NCBI RefSeq assembly: GCF_006345805.1
Contig: NW_021828099.1
Span: forward strand, 1-35,103
Length of the DNA: 35,103 nt
Origin: Octopus sinensis
Lineage: Eukaryota
Reading direction: 5' to 3'
This document shows positions 11,489-23,179 of this stretch, piece after piece. The position numbers and the translations under genes are program-made. The notes under the pieces were generated by a model, which had not been told where the DNA came from, did no database searches, and saw only the letters and a list, made by a program, of their open reading frames with translations. Each line of letters begins with the position of its first letter. Positions within the stretch are counted from its first letter, which is position 1.

Positions 11489-13523
11489 AAGGCACCCGGG
11501 CACGGCAAGATTCTCAACTTCTAGTTAAACACCTAACAGGAACACATAAAAAGCTGGCTGATAAATTTAATAAACTACTAGCAGAGCCTGCCTGAATGGC
11601 TCACGGAAGGGAAAACTATCCTAATTCCTAAATCCACTGAAATGGTAAATCCCCAAATTACAGACCGATAACTTGTCTCCCAACAATTTACAAAGCCTTT
11701 ACTGCAATAATATCGTAGAGATTGAGCAAACATCCGGACGAAAACAACCTGTTTCCAGAAGAGCAGAAAGGATGCTGCAAGGGCACATACGGCTGCAAAG
11801 ATCAGCTACTGATCAATAAAGCCATAACTGAAGACAGTCACAGAAAGGAGAAAGGCCTAAGTATGGCGTGGATCGATTACCGGAAGGAATTTTGATAGCA
11901 TTTCCCTTACATGGATCCTAGAAACACTAGCCATGAACAAGTTAGCACCAATAATCATAAAATATATAACACATTCCATGAATAAATGGCAGATAATGTT
12001 AGGGCACCAGAAAAAAACAGTGACTCATAAAAACTAAAACCATCCTCATTAGAAGAGGAATATTCCAGGGTGACACGCTCTCTCCACTCCTTTTCTGCTT
12101 GCCACTGATATGCTAAGCAGAACTCGATGTGCATATAATTACGGCAAAACAATCAGCCATTTCTTGACCTAAAACTGTTCACTACAAATGATAAACGACT
12201 AGAAACATTATCACAGAACGTACATGGATTTACCTAAGAAATAAACATGAAATTTGGATTAGAAAAATGTGCCAAAGCAACCTTGAAAAGAGGAAAACTA
12301 GTTAAGAGTAGCAACATCACACTAGATAAAGCAAATGAAATAAGAGAATTAGATCAGAACCAGCCATACAAATACTTAAGGAATCAATGAATCAGATACG
12401 ATACAACACACACAAATGAAAGAGAAGGTAAGAAAAGAATACTATAGACAAGTTAGATTAATACTGAAAACCGAGCTCAATGCGAAAAACAAGATAACAG
12501 GTATCAAAACTGTAGCCTTCCCAGTTACAGCTACAATATTCTTAACTGGATTTTAAATGAACAAATTAAGATAGACAGGAAAACAAGAAAAATAAGAAGA
12601 ATATGAAGAAACAACAAAAGCTGTGAAACAACTGAAATCCAAACTAAAACTGGAACGGCAACGGATCATGATAAAGCGATGACAAGAAAAGCCCCTTCAT
12701 GGTAAATACTGGACTAAACTAAAAGCAAAAGAAATAGACAAAGAAAAATCCCAGCAAAGGTTGAGAAGCTCAGGACTCAAAGCAGAGACTGAGGGATTTT
12801 TAATTGCAGCACAAGACCAAAGCCTTCCCACCAGAAATCACCAAAAACATATAATGAAAAGAAATATAACAAGTAACTGCAGAATATGTGGAGATGGACA
12901 AGAAACAATAAATCATATTATCTCTGGTTGCCCAGTCCTGGCTAAGAAGGAATATATTCACAGACATGACAGAGTTGGAACCTACATACACTGGAAGCTA
13001 TGCCAACATTATGGAATAACAACAGAAAAAAGATGGTATAGGCACACTCCAGAAAAAGTCACAGAAAATGAGAAAGCAACCATACTCTGGGATATGCCAA
13101 TACACACAGATAGAGAAATTAAGGCCAACAGACCAGATATAGTTGTCAGAGATCATGAAGAAAAAAAATGCTTTCTAATTGATGTATTAATACCAGCAGA
13201 TGACAACGTGTCTCTAAAAGAAATGGAGAAACTCTCAAAATGCAAAGACCTGGAAACAGAGGTAACTAGAATGTAGAATCTAAAAACAGAAACAATTCCT
13301 ATCATAGTAGGTGCATTAGGCATGATAAAAAAATATTCAGAAAAATACATAACAAAAACACCAGGACTAACAAGTATATATAACATACAGAAAATAGCAC
13401 AACTAGGCACTGCACACAACCTACCTAAAACACTTCAATACAGTGAAAATATGATCAATACAAAAAACTACATTACGTGCCCAAGGCACATAGAGCTACA
13501 CTCGGTAGTGAAGTGAAAGCACG
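11489..13523 (+). mobile_element. R4/Dong-type fragment C (RT, CCHC and RLE, disrupted; 3' UTR)
   Basis: KAPG, NYRPITCLPT, EEQKGC, WIDYRK, RRGIFQGDTLSPLLF, FGLEKCA; CRICGDGQETINHIISGC; RHDRVG; ANRPDIVV...LIDV...KEMEK. Many stops and frameshifts. Confidence 0.9.
12761..13276 (+). pseudogene. Longest open remnant of fragment C: zinc knuckle and PD-(D/E)XK restriction-like endonuclease
   Basis: The 171-aa ORF contains the CCHC, RHD and PDIVV...D...KxxK motifs. Confidence 0.85.
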
Positions 13524-13860
13524 TGGACAATCGGATCAATGTGAAAGAAGAAAAAATAAACAACTATGACGATTTCAAGTGGGAAATACGAAGGTTGTGA
13601 TCAATGAAGAGAGTGGATGTGATACCAATAATAATTGGTGCAGTTGGAAGTATCAGCACTCAGCTACTAACATGGCTGAAAAATATCGGTTTAAGTGTGA
13701 AGATAGAACACCTACAAAAATCAGCATTCCTTGGAACACTAAGAATTCCTCGCAGGGTTCTTGAAGCATGACCAGTAAACAAGTGTTACCTTAGTCTGCT
13801 GGCTGTGGACAGCTGACACTTTCCACTATACCCAAAATAAGCTGTGAGTTTTCATGACAT
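13524..13860 (+). mobile_element. R4/Dong-type fragment D (RLE C-terminus and distinct 3' UTR)
   Basis: KEEEKINNYDDFKWEIRRL*SMKRVDVIPIIIGAVG...LQKSAFLGTLRIPRRVLEA*, then 3' UTR and (AAT)n tail. Confidence 0.8.
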
Positions 13861-13887
13861 AATAATAAAATAATAATAATAATAATA

Positions 13888-13923
<36 letters not shown>

Positions 13924-14006
13924 ATAATAATAATGATGATGATGATGATATAATAATAATATAATAATAATAATAATAATAATAAATAATAATAATAATA
14001 ATAATA

Positions 14007-14036
<30 letters not shown>

Positions 14037-14039
<3 letters not shown>

Positions 14040-14719
14040 ATCTCTGGATGTAAAGTCTTAGCACCAGTGGAGTATAAATTAAGACATGACAGAGTTGGCC
14101 AATATCTACACTGGCTAATAAGTCGGCATTACAATATCAAAACTGCCAAGTGGTATAATCACCACCCTGAGGCTGTAACTGAAGGAGAAAATGTAACGAT
14201 TCTGTGGGACTTTCCAGTACATACAGACCGAACCATCAAGGCCAATAAACCAGATATTCTTGTGAAAGACCAAAACAATAAAGTTTGCTTATTGATCGAC
14301 ATGAGCATCCCCTGTGATCATAATATCTCAGCGAAAGAGTTTGACAAGCTCAGAAAATATAAAGACCTACTCATTGAAATTGAGAAAATGTGGCATCTCA
14401 AGGCGGTTACAATACCAGTGATCGTAGGAGCACTAGGAATGATCAAGAAAGGAACCGAAAATTATATGAGAATGATCCCTGGCTTACCATCCCTGCAAGA
14501 AGTGCAAAAGATTGTCTTAACTGGTACATCACACGTATTGAGAAGAGCATTGTCGATGTGAGAACTGTTGCTGCTCATGTATTTTAATTTAACTTAAATG
14601 AACGAACTATTGAGTTTGGTTTAATGGCCTACCAATGTATACAATGAGTTTCTTTGCCCTAGGAGTCGGGAAGACACTCGGCAAGAAATGGAAGCAAATT
14701 TGAAAGAAGAAAAAAAAGT
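14037..14719 (+). mobile_element. R4/Dong-type fragment E (end of CCHC, RLE and 3' UTR)
   Basis: IISGCKVLAPVEYKLRHDRVGQYLHW...ILWDFPVHTDRTIKANKPDILVKD...KYKDL...IPVIVGALG, open to stop at 14561. (AAT)n tail. Confidence 0.9.
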
Positions 14720-14729
14720 AATAATAATA

Positions 14730-14786
<57 letters not shown>

Positions 14787-14839
14787 TGATGATGATGATG
14801 ATGATGATAATAATAATAAATAATAAAATAATAATAATA

Positions 14840-14899
<60 letters not shown>

Positions 14900-14916
14900 T
14901 AATAATAATAATAATA

Positions 14917-15046
14917 ACTGCACACATCCTACGCAGAACACTTTCCATACAATAACCATCAGACAACAAATCACAGCACATACCTAAGGCACACAGAGCT
15001 GCGCTCGGTAGTGAAGTGAAAGCACGCTATAAAAATAAAACTACTG
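14917..15046 (+). mobile_element. R4/Dong-type fragment F (130-bp 3' end, same subfamily as C)
   Basis: TAHILRRTLSIQ* plus CTCGGTAGTGAAGTGAAAGCACG shared with 13501-13523. Flanked on both sides by (AAT)n. Confidence 0.85.
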
Positions 15047-15086
15047 AATAATAATAATAATAATAAATAATAATAATAATAACAAC

Positions 15087-15118
<32 letters not shown>

Positions 15119-15439
15119 CAATAATAATAATAATAATAATATAATAATAATAATAATAATATAATAATATGATAATAATAATAATAATAATAATATAATA
15201 AAATAACAACAATAATAATATATATAATAATAATAATAACAAAATAATAAATAATATAATAATAATAATAACAATAATAATAATAATAATAAAATAATAA
15301 TAATAATAAATAATAAAATAATAATAATAATAATAATAATAATGATATAATAATAATAATAATAAAATAACAACAATAATAATAATAATAATAATAATAA
15401 TGATAATAATAATAATAATATAATAATAATAATAACAAC

Positions 15440-15473
<34 letters not shown>

Positions 15474-15590
15474 TAATGATAATAATAATAATAATAATGA
15501 TAATAATAATAATAATAATAACAACAATATAATAATAATAATGATAATAATAATAATAATATAATAATAATAATAATGATAATAATAATG

Positions 15591-15621
<31 letters not shown>

Positions 15622-15655
15622 TAATATAATAATAATAATAATAATAACAACAATA

Positions 15656-15700
<45 letters not shown>

Positions 15701-15701
15701 C

Positions 15702-15733
<32 letters not shown>

Positions 15734-15761
15734 TAATAATAATAATAATAATAATAACAAC

Positions 15762-15802
<41 letters not shown>

Positions 15803-15836
15803 CAATAATAATAATAACAACAATAATAATAACAAC

Positions 15837-15916
<80 letters not shown>

Positions 15917-16003
15917 CAATAATAAAATAATAATAATAATAATAATAATAATGATAATAATTAATAATAATAAAATAATAATAATAGTAATAATAATAAT
16001 AAT

Positions 16004-16057
<54 letters not shown>

Positions 16058-16125
16058 TATAATAATGATAATAATAATAATAATATAATAATAACAACAA
16101 TAATAATAATAATAATAATAATAAT

Positions 16126-16186
<61 letters not shown>

Positions 16187-16192
16187 TAATAA
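15047..16192. repeat. ~1.15-kb degenerate (AAT)n microsatellite
   Basis: AAT repeats with AAC/GAT variants. Confidence 0.97.
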
Positions 16193-16853
16193 ACAATAGA
16201 CCATATCCTCTCGGGATATACTGTGCTGACACCACACGAATACAAAAATTGCCACGATAGGGTAGGACAATATTTACATTGGAAAATATGTAAACCCTAC
16301 AAAATCAACACTCCTGCTCACTCATATGAACATCGTCCTGGGTCAGTCGTTGAAGGTCAAAATGCCAGTATCCTCTGGGATTTTCTAGTCAACACCAACA
16401 GAATGATCCAGGATAATCGACCAGACATAGTCATTAAAGAAAGAGAAGAAAATACTTGTGGACTAATAGATGTATGTATTCCCACTGATAAAAAAAATCT
16501 GTAAATTAATTTGACAAATCAAGTAAACATTAGGCCTGGAAATAGAAATACAAAAGTTGTGACATCTTAAAGCGAGAACTGTTCCTGTTATTATGGGTGC
16601 CCTAGGTATAAGAAAGGGGTGTCAGAAATATCTAGGTAATATACCAGGAGAACCATGTCTCTGCCAACACCCTTAGAAAAACCCTATCAGTTTAGATGTC
16701 TGTGTTGTTTTACATGAAGATATTTCGCTGCTGCCCCTGCCACTTCCCCTCCCCCCAGCATTCAGTCATACTGTTAACATCCTATCCTTCACTCACCCTA
16801 GGATGCTGGGTGTGTTCCGGCACGTGATTGTAACAAACATGAAGTTTAAAAGT
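16193..16853 (+). mobile_element. R4/Dong-type fragment G (CCHC/RLE and distinct 3' UTR)
   Basis: TIDHILSG...HDRVGQYLHWKIC...ILWDFLV...NRPDIVIKE...LIDVCIP. Ends in (AAT)n. Confidence 0.85.
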
Positions 16854-16870
16854 AAATAATAATAATAATA

Positions 16871-17070
16871 ATCCTTTCGACTGAAATTTCGGGGAGGGGA
16901 ACTTGTTGATTACATCGACCTCAGTATTTCACTGGTCCTTGATTTATCGACCCCGGAAGGTTCAAAGGTAAAGTCGACCTCGATGGAATATGAACTCAGA
17001 ACGTAAAGATGGACGAAATGCCGCTAAGCATTTTGCCCGGGCGTGCTAACGCTTCTCCCAGGTGGCCTCC
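16871..17070 (-). mobile_element. tRNA-derived SINE inserted in (AAT)n
   Basis: Minus strand: head GGAGGCCACCTGGGAGAAGCGTTAGCACGCCCGGG, B-box-like GAGTTCATATTCC, GGGGTCGATAAATCAAG block, (ATT)n tail. Confidence 0.75.
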
Positions 17071-17439
17071 TCAATAATAATGATAATAATAACAAATTTG
17101 ATAATGATGACGATAATGATGAAGATGATGATGATAATGATGATGATGATGATGGTGGCGGTGGTGATGGTGCTGTTGTTGTTGTTGTTAAGCAACAAGA
17201 CGGATAAGGGTGATTAGGTGATGGTCTAGGGCTTAGGGGCGGGAGACCCCAGACCTTGGAAACCAAAAGCTTTGGTCGTCTTGTTGTAGTCGAGGGCTCT
17301 TCGTTGACGCCCGACCCCACTGGCAGGTGACCCTCGAAGTCGCTGGAAATGGAGATCTCCAGGTCCAAATTCTTGGACGGCTGGTGTTGGTGCTGGTGGT
17401 GACGACGACGACGACGACGACGACGATGATGATGATGAT

Positions 17440-17690
<251 letters not shown>

Positions 17691-18039
17691 TTATGTTATC
17701 TGGAAAGCCACCATGGTGTAGTGAACATAACAGTTACGTTGAAAGCCACTTCTCAGAGAAAGAGAGACAGACAGACAGACAGACAGAGTCTTTCCCTCTT
17801 CTGCTTTTGCTTATACTACGTCAGCAGAGGTGAACTTTACTTTGTGTAAGTATTTCATTGATTTACATTCGTCCTGCTGACATGACGGGTAAACATTTGC
17901 TAATAAAATGTTAAGAACCTCAGTCAAATACCAATAAAACTAACCAGTGAACTATAAAAATTCATTGGTTAATTTCATTGACATTTTCCTATTGCTCTTA
18001 ACGATATTTCTAATGTCATAATATTACTGTTGCTATTAC

Positions 18040-18121
<82 letters not shown>

Positions 18122-18517
18122 ATTATTATTGTTATCATTATTATTATTATCATCATCGATAAGTTTTGTGTTGTTTCACACTTGCGCCAACTTATTTACG
18201 TATGGAGTTAGTAAAGTGTCAGTGTCGCTTTACTTAGAATACATTTTTGGTTACCTTTTTGTTTGTTTTTTTCATTGATTTTTTTGTAATGGTAACTTGA
18301 ATATTTTTTTTACAGAGTTTAAGAGCATCACTTTAAGTGTTGTTCGCGTTAAACTAAGGCCAGGTTCGATTCCGGGTAGCCGGGGTTGATGGTGGGGTGC
18401 AGATATCTGGATATATTCTTCGTGGGTGACATTGAATCAATAGAAACTGTACGAAAACCAATGAGACGATCCGCTGTTGTCCTTTTATGGGAGTGGAATC
18501 TAGACTATAAGCTTTCA

Positions 18518-18728
18518 TCTTTTACATGTTTCAGCCATTTGACTGCGGCCGTACTGGAGCACCACCTTGAAACAAATCGCGCCCAGTGCTTATTTTTTTA
18601 AAAAGCCTTGTACTTATTCTATCAGTCTTTTGCTGAATCGCTAAGCTACGGGAACGTAAATACACCAGCACGGGTTGTCAAGCGGTGGTGGGGAACGAAC
18701 ACAGACACAAATACACACACACACATAT
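18518..18728 (-). mobile_element. SINE 3' half with CR1-type tail
   Basis: TTTTACATGTTTCAGCCATTTGACTGCGGCCGTACTGGAGCACC...GCTGAATCGCTAAGCTACGGG...GGTTGTCAAGCGGTGG. Confidence 0.8.
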
Positions 18729-19784
18729 CACTATTTGTGATCTCTCCACGCTCTTTCTCTTACTTTCTCACCCCCACTCCCTATCTCTCTCTCTCACACT
18801 CTCTCTCTCTTTCACTCACTCTCTCTCTCTCCTCTGTCGTTGTTATTTGCATGGAGTAAACGTATTTAATACAGATCTGGAAAAGTAATGCATTAGGCGT
18901 TCTCAACAACCACTGCTGGACGATTCTCGTCTCTCTCTGATATATATTGTGGGTTTAAACACAGTACGTTCATAATACATATTATCTCACGAGGGAAAAA
19001 ACCGTAGAAAATAAGCACTCAACACATTTGAAAGATATTATCATTTTATGCACCGTATCTCATTATCAACACATTACTTTAAGTTTCATACTGAAGTATT
19101 TAACCTAGATTAAATCAAGCGTATGCCATCTTAATCGCACGCTTTCGATTTGTTTACAAATGGTTCTTTGAGCAAAGAGTTATTTGAAAGTAAATGTTCA
19201 TCTGTCCTCTCCACCAGTCTTTTTAAATGCATTTTGAGTCATTGGAATCATCAGAAAATCAGTCCATTTTGAACGCTAAAATAACTATTCCCATTAAATG
19301 AAGGAAAAGTATATTTCGGCATGTCAAATTGTGTCGAAATGATTTATGTGCTTAACGTTAGTATATATGTTGGCTTGTGTACTTTAGTATGTCTCAGTGT
19401 GTTGGCATTTAGTTGTATTTGTTTGATGATATACCCCCAAAGTAGATCTTTTTTAAAGTGTAGAAGTGTGTGTGTGTTATACTTTTGTATGCAATTGGGA
19501 GACTGGCCTAGAGAATCCTCCTGCCGAGATGATCCTGGGGAAGGAGGCATTTTCTAATTTGATTATATGAACTTGTCTTGTTGTATACATTTAGTGTATA
19601 TCTTAATTCTAGAATTTAGATAGTTCCTCTGGGTATTCGACTTTCGCACGATGTGTGTTCTTTCTGGTGCACAGGAACTGCATTTCTTTGTCTCATTAAC
19701 TAATAGATTTTTCTATACCTCTGTCCTTCAGGGGAATGCTTGTCCTTTTTTATAGATTTTACTAAATAATACAAACCCTGCCGG

Positions 19785-21234
19785 CGCAGAACCTAATAAT
19801 GAGCTTCTTTGAATCTACTCTATATGAACTTTCTTTCCAAATATTTGGAACCCCATTCCACCATTATATAAGAAAAAAACTGGAAAACGATTGTTTTATC
19901 ATCTGGAATGAAACCCATGACAAACTCCTGGATTTCAAATCTACACTGAACAATATAAACCCTACATCCAATTTACAATGGAATATAGCAAGGAACAGCT
20001 CTCATTTCTGGACATTTTTATTTTTAAAAAGTCCAACAACCAAATTGCAACTGACTTTTACGACAAACCAACAGACTCAAAACAGCATATCCTTTTCAGT
20101 TCATGCCATCCTAAACACACCAAAATAAATATCCCATTCAATCTAGCAAAAAGGATCTGTACAATTGTATCTGACACAGCCACTCGGGAACTTCGCCTAC
20201 AAGAACTCAAAATAACACTCATTGAACGTTAATACCCACCGACACTTATAGAACATGGAATTAAACGCACAAACACACTAAAGACAACAAAACAAAACAC
20301 CACACCTCACTTTAAATCACTCCCATACATATCAACCCACAACCTCAGAAACAATGAAGCATTCAACACAATCAATCAAAATCTCCCTCTCTTAAGTCAA
20401 GACCCGAAAATGAACAACATCCTAAATACACACAAACTCCTAAAATGCAAAAGACAACACAAATCCTTCAAGAGACTCCCAACAAATGCAAAACTATACT
20501 CAATACATACGATACCAACAGTTAAAAAATGCAGACGACCTAATTGTGGTACACGCCCATATCTAACTGAAGGCCCGGAATTCACATTCCAGTAAGGAGA
20601 AAAATTCTCAATTAAGACCAACTTCACATGTGCATCCCAGAATCTTATATATGTACTAGCCCGCTCAGGGGCCAAATTATGTGGGCCAAACGAGCCTTTC
20701 TTTGAGACGCAGAGTCGTGTTACATAAAGAACAGATTCGTTTTCCTCAGTACAGGCAGATAGTCCAGAGCGAACATATCGACAGATGCGCAAGTAATAAA
20801 ACGCAAAGAATCGATCTCCTTACAAGAACGCATAAACAAGGAAAACCTGTTCATACAAAAGTACAGACCACACCTCAATATACAAATTTGACCATCTTAA
20901 AAATTATACTAAGGAACCAGTTGTCCCCCTTGCCACCAGTTGGTTACCTTGGTTCACTTTCTAGACTCATTCTTATTTTTCAAACATCCAAAATAATGAG
21001 ACCCATCTGTCACGAGGATTGATTACTGTTCAATGTCCATTGAAAAGATAACTTAAATAGCGAAAACCGGTTGGATTTTACGACATCCATATAAAATGTA
21101 TATATTTATAAAAAGATGCTATACTATATGAAACGAAGGCATTTCTCTTCCACGTTTTATATTTTTTCCACATATTTTCAACTCATAATTTTGTCACATG
21201 GTGTATACTGAATCTTCAGTATCTTTGCTCCTTG
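19785..21234 (+). mobile_element. Decayed Penelope-like element, Neptune-type (RT C-half, Cys linker, GIY-YIG)
   Basis: NLIMSFFE...CFIIW...MEYSKEQLSFLDI...YDKPTDSKQHILFSSCHPKHTKINIPFNLAKRICTIVS; linker KKCRRPNCGT; TCASQNLIYVL...GQTSLSLRRRVVLHKEQIR. Many frameshifts. Ends at (TA)n. Confidence 0.88.
21036..21075 (+). ncRNA. Possible degenerate hammerhead remnant in Neptune 3' region
   Basis: TCCA-TTGAAAA-GATA..TAGC-GAAA-ACCGGT-TGGA. Stem I and the palindromic stem III are present, but the core differs from CTGAAGA at two positions. Confidence 0.3.
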
Positions 21235-21269
<35 letters not shown>

Positions 21270-21311
21270 TATATATCTATATATATATATATATATACAT
21301 ATATATATGTT

Positions 21312-21353
<42 letters not shown>

Positions 21354-21395
21354 ATATATGTATATATATATACATATATATATATATATTATATA

Positions 21396-21426
<31 letters not shown>

Positions 21427-21448
21427 ATATATTATAAATATATATATA
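21235..21448. repeat. (TA)n microsatellite between two PLEs
   Basis: Degenerate TA run. Confidence 0.97.
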
Positions 21449-21505
21449 CGTTTAAATATTTGTTGTGCAAGATTTTTTATGTGAAGTCGTGTGTTGAAAC
21501 AGATA

Positions 21506-22001
21506 TTGTTATATTTCGGAATGGTCATATTGCCAGTTTAGCCAATAAAAACACACGCACTATATATTTGGTGTTATTTTGCTTCAGTGATATTTATTTT
21601 TTACATTAATCTTAATCTTATTTCGGCCAAAGTTCTTTCGTCACACTCCTGTGACCGCATCAGTGGTCCTTTGTTTTCTTCTCACTTACTTGTGTCTCTC
21701 CTTACTAACCGTCAGCCATTTTGTATTTCTATTGTATGTCTTCATTTGCGCATGCTTATATCTCTATGTGCGTCTATGTTTATTTAGTGTGTGTGTGGGG
21801 GGATGCCTGTAATATTTGTATCTTCTGGTTATATACATTCTTGTAATTTGTATTTTGTTTTTGTTGTTGTTGTTGTTGTTGCTTTTGTTCTAATTTTGTT
21901 CATGTGTTTACATCCACCCATTATTATCATTACATATGCTTGTATGTATGTATAACAACAATATTAGTAATAATAATAATAAATCTAATCGAAAAAAAAA
22001 A

Positions 22002-22069
<68 letters not shown>

Positions 22070-22168
22070 CTATTACATATATACACACATATACATATAT
22101 ATAGTTATTCATTTCTATTCTTTAATTATCTGTGTATTTATTATGTTTGCAGGATCCACTATCGTCAT
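21506..22168 (-). repeat. Left arm: inverted copy of the PLE 3' UTR/pLTR
   Basis: Reverse complement of 25637-26332, near-identical outside the internal TA tract. It extends ~57 bp further outward (to 21449) than the right arm. Confidence 0.95.
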
Positions 22169-22189
22169 TTTAAGAGGAAGTTATCGTGG

Positions 22190-23179
22190 TTGAAACAGAA
22201 ACGTCAATATGAGCTCGCAAAGGAAGAAAAGCAGAAGTATCCAGATACAATAAATGGAATTATTATGGAAGATGTGCTACTACCAGAAGAGTTCAATAAA
22301 GACAATGAAGCGAACATCTATGGGGGAGTAACAACGGACCCAGATGAAATATCGATACTTCAACTACCACCAAAGTATGCAGTGTATAGTAAGGTGAATA
22401 CCATCAAATGCCTGTCCGAGATTGAAAAGTCGTTCACAAAAATACGTTGGAATTTAAATAGATACTATGACAACAACACTTGCGACAACAACAACAACGC
22501 GAAAAACACTAACCGTAGCAACAACAACACAAACAATAATGACCGCAACAATAACAACCGTAGCAACAAAAGCAACACGAACCCTAACAGCGGCAACAAC
22601 AACAACACGAACCCTAACAGCGGCAACAACAACAACAATAGAAAAAATGTAAGCATAGACACAAACAATAGATACAAAAACAAAAACACAAACAGAGAGA
22701 GAAAAATCGTATACAACAGCAACAACAACAACAATTATAGGGAGAACCGACACACAAACACACACACAGATAGCCATAGTCACAAAGACACGAATAAAAG
22801 TTGTGTCATAGGGGTCACGATGGAGAATAAAGTTGAATGCAACAGGATCCTTGGACAGGGAGTCAGCGGACTTGAAACAGATAACAATACTCATAGGAAC
22901 AAAAATAACGACCGCAACAGGGGGATGGACAGGGACCAACAGACAGACATAAAACCCAACACTAATATAAACAACACATATACCAGAAACAGGAACAATG
23001 AATATATCACTAGCGATGATAGTAATAATGGCAATGGTAGGAATAAAGGTAATAACAATAATAGTGGTAGTAGCAGTGGTGATGGTAACAGTAGAAGTAG
23101 TAATGAGGATAGTAGTGATAGTTGTGGTGGTAATAGGAATACTAGTAGTAGTAGTAGTGGTAATGGTGATAATAAATAG
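22190..23179 (+). CDS. PLE polyprotein N-terminal part with Asn-rich low-complexity linker (5'-truncated)
   Basis: IYGGVTTDPDEISILQLPPKYAVY...EIEKSFTKIRW resembles PLE N-terminal motifs. The frame is open upstream into the arm with no ATG. It joins the RT frame by a +1 shift at 23174-23176. Confidence 0.75.
   Translation: MKQKRQYELAKEEKQKYPDTINGIIMEDVLLPEEFNKDNEANIYGGVTTDPDEISILQLPPKYAVYSKVNTIKCLSEIEKSFTKIRWNLNRYYDNNTCDNNNNAKNTNRSNNNTNNNDRNNNNRSNKSNTNPNSGNNNNTNPNSGNNNNNRKNVSIDTNNRYKNKNTNRERKIVYNSNNNNNYRENRHTNTHTDSHSHKDTNKSCVIGVTMENKVECNRILGQGVSGLETDNNTHRNKNNDRNRGMDRDQQTDIKPNTNINNTYTRNRNNEYITSDDSNNGNGRNKGNNNNSGSSSGDGNSRSSNEDSSDSCGGNRNTSSSSSGNGDNK

Noticed and set aside
14971-16270. Long poly-I/L/Y ORFs (326 and 409 aa)
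   Set aside because: Antisense readings of (AAT)n, which lacks stops in those frames. The same applies to the YI-, CV- and YLSI-repeat ORFs elsewhere.
18355-18390. Isolated B-box-like GGTTCGATTCC
   Set aside because: No convincing A box, cloverleaf or SINE body.
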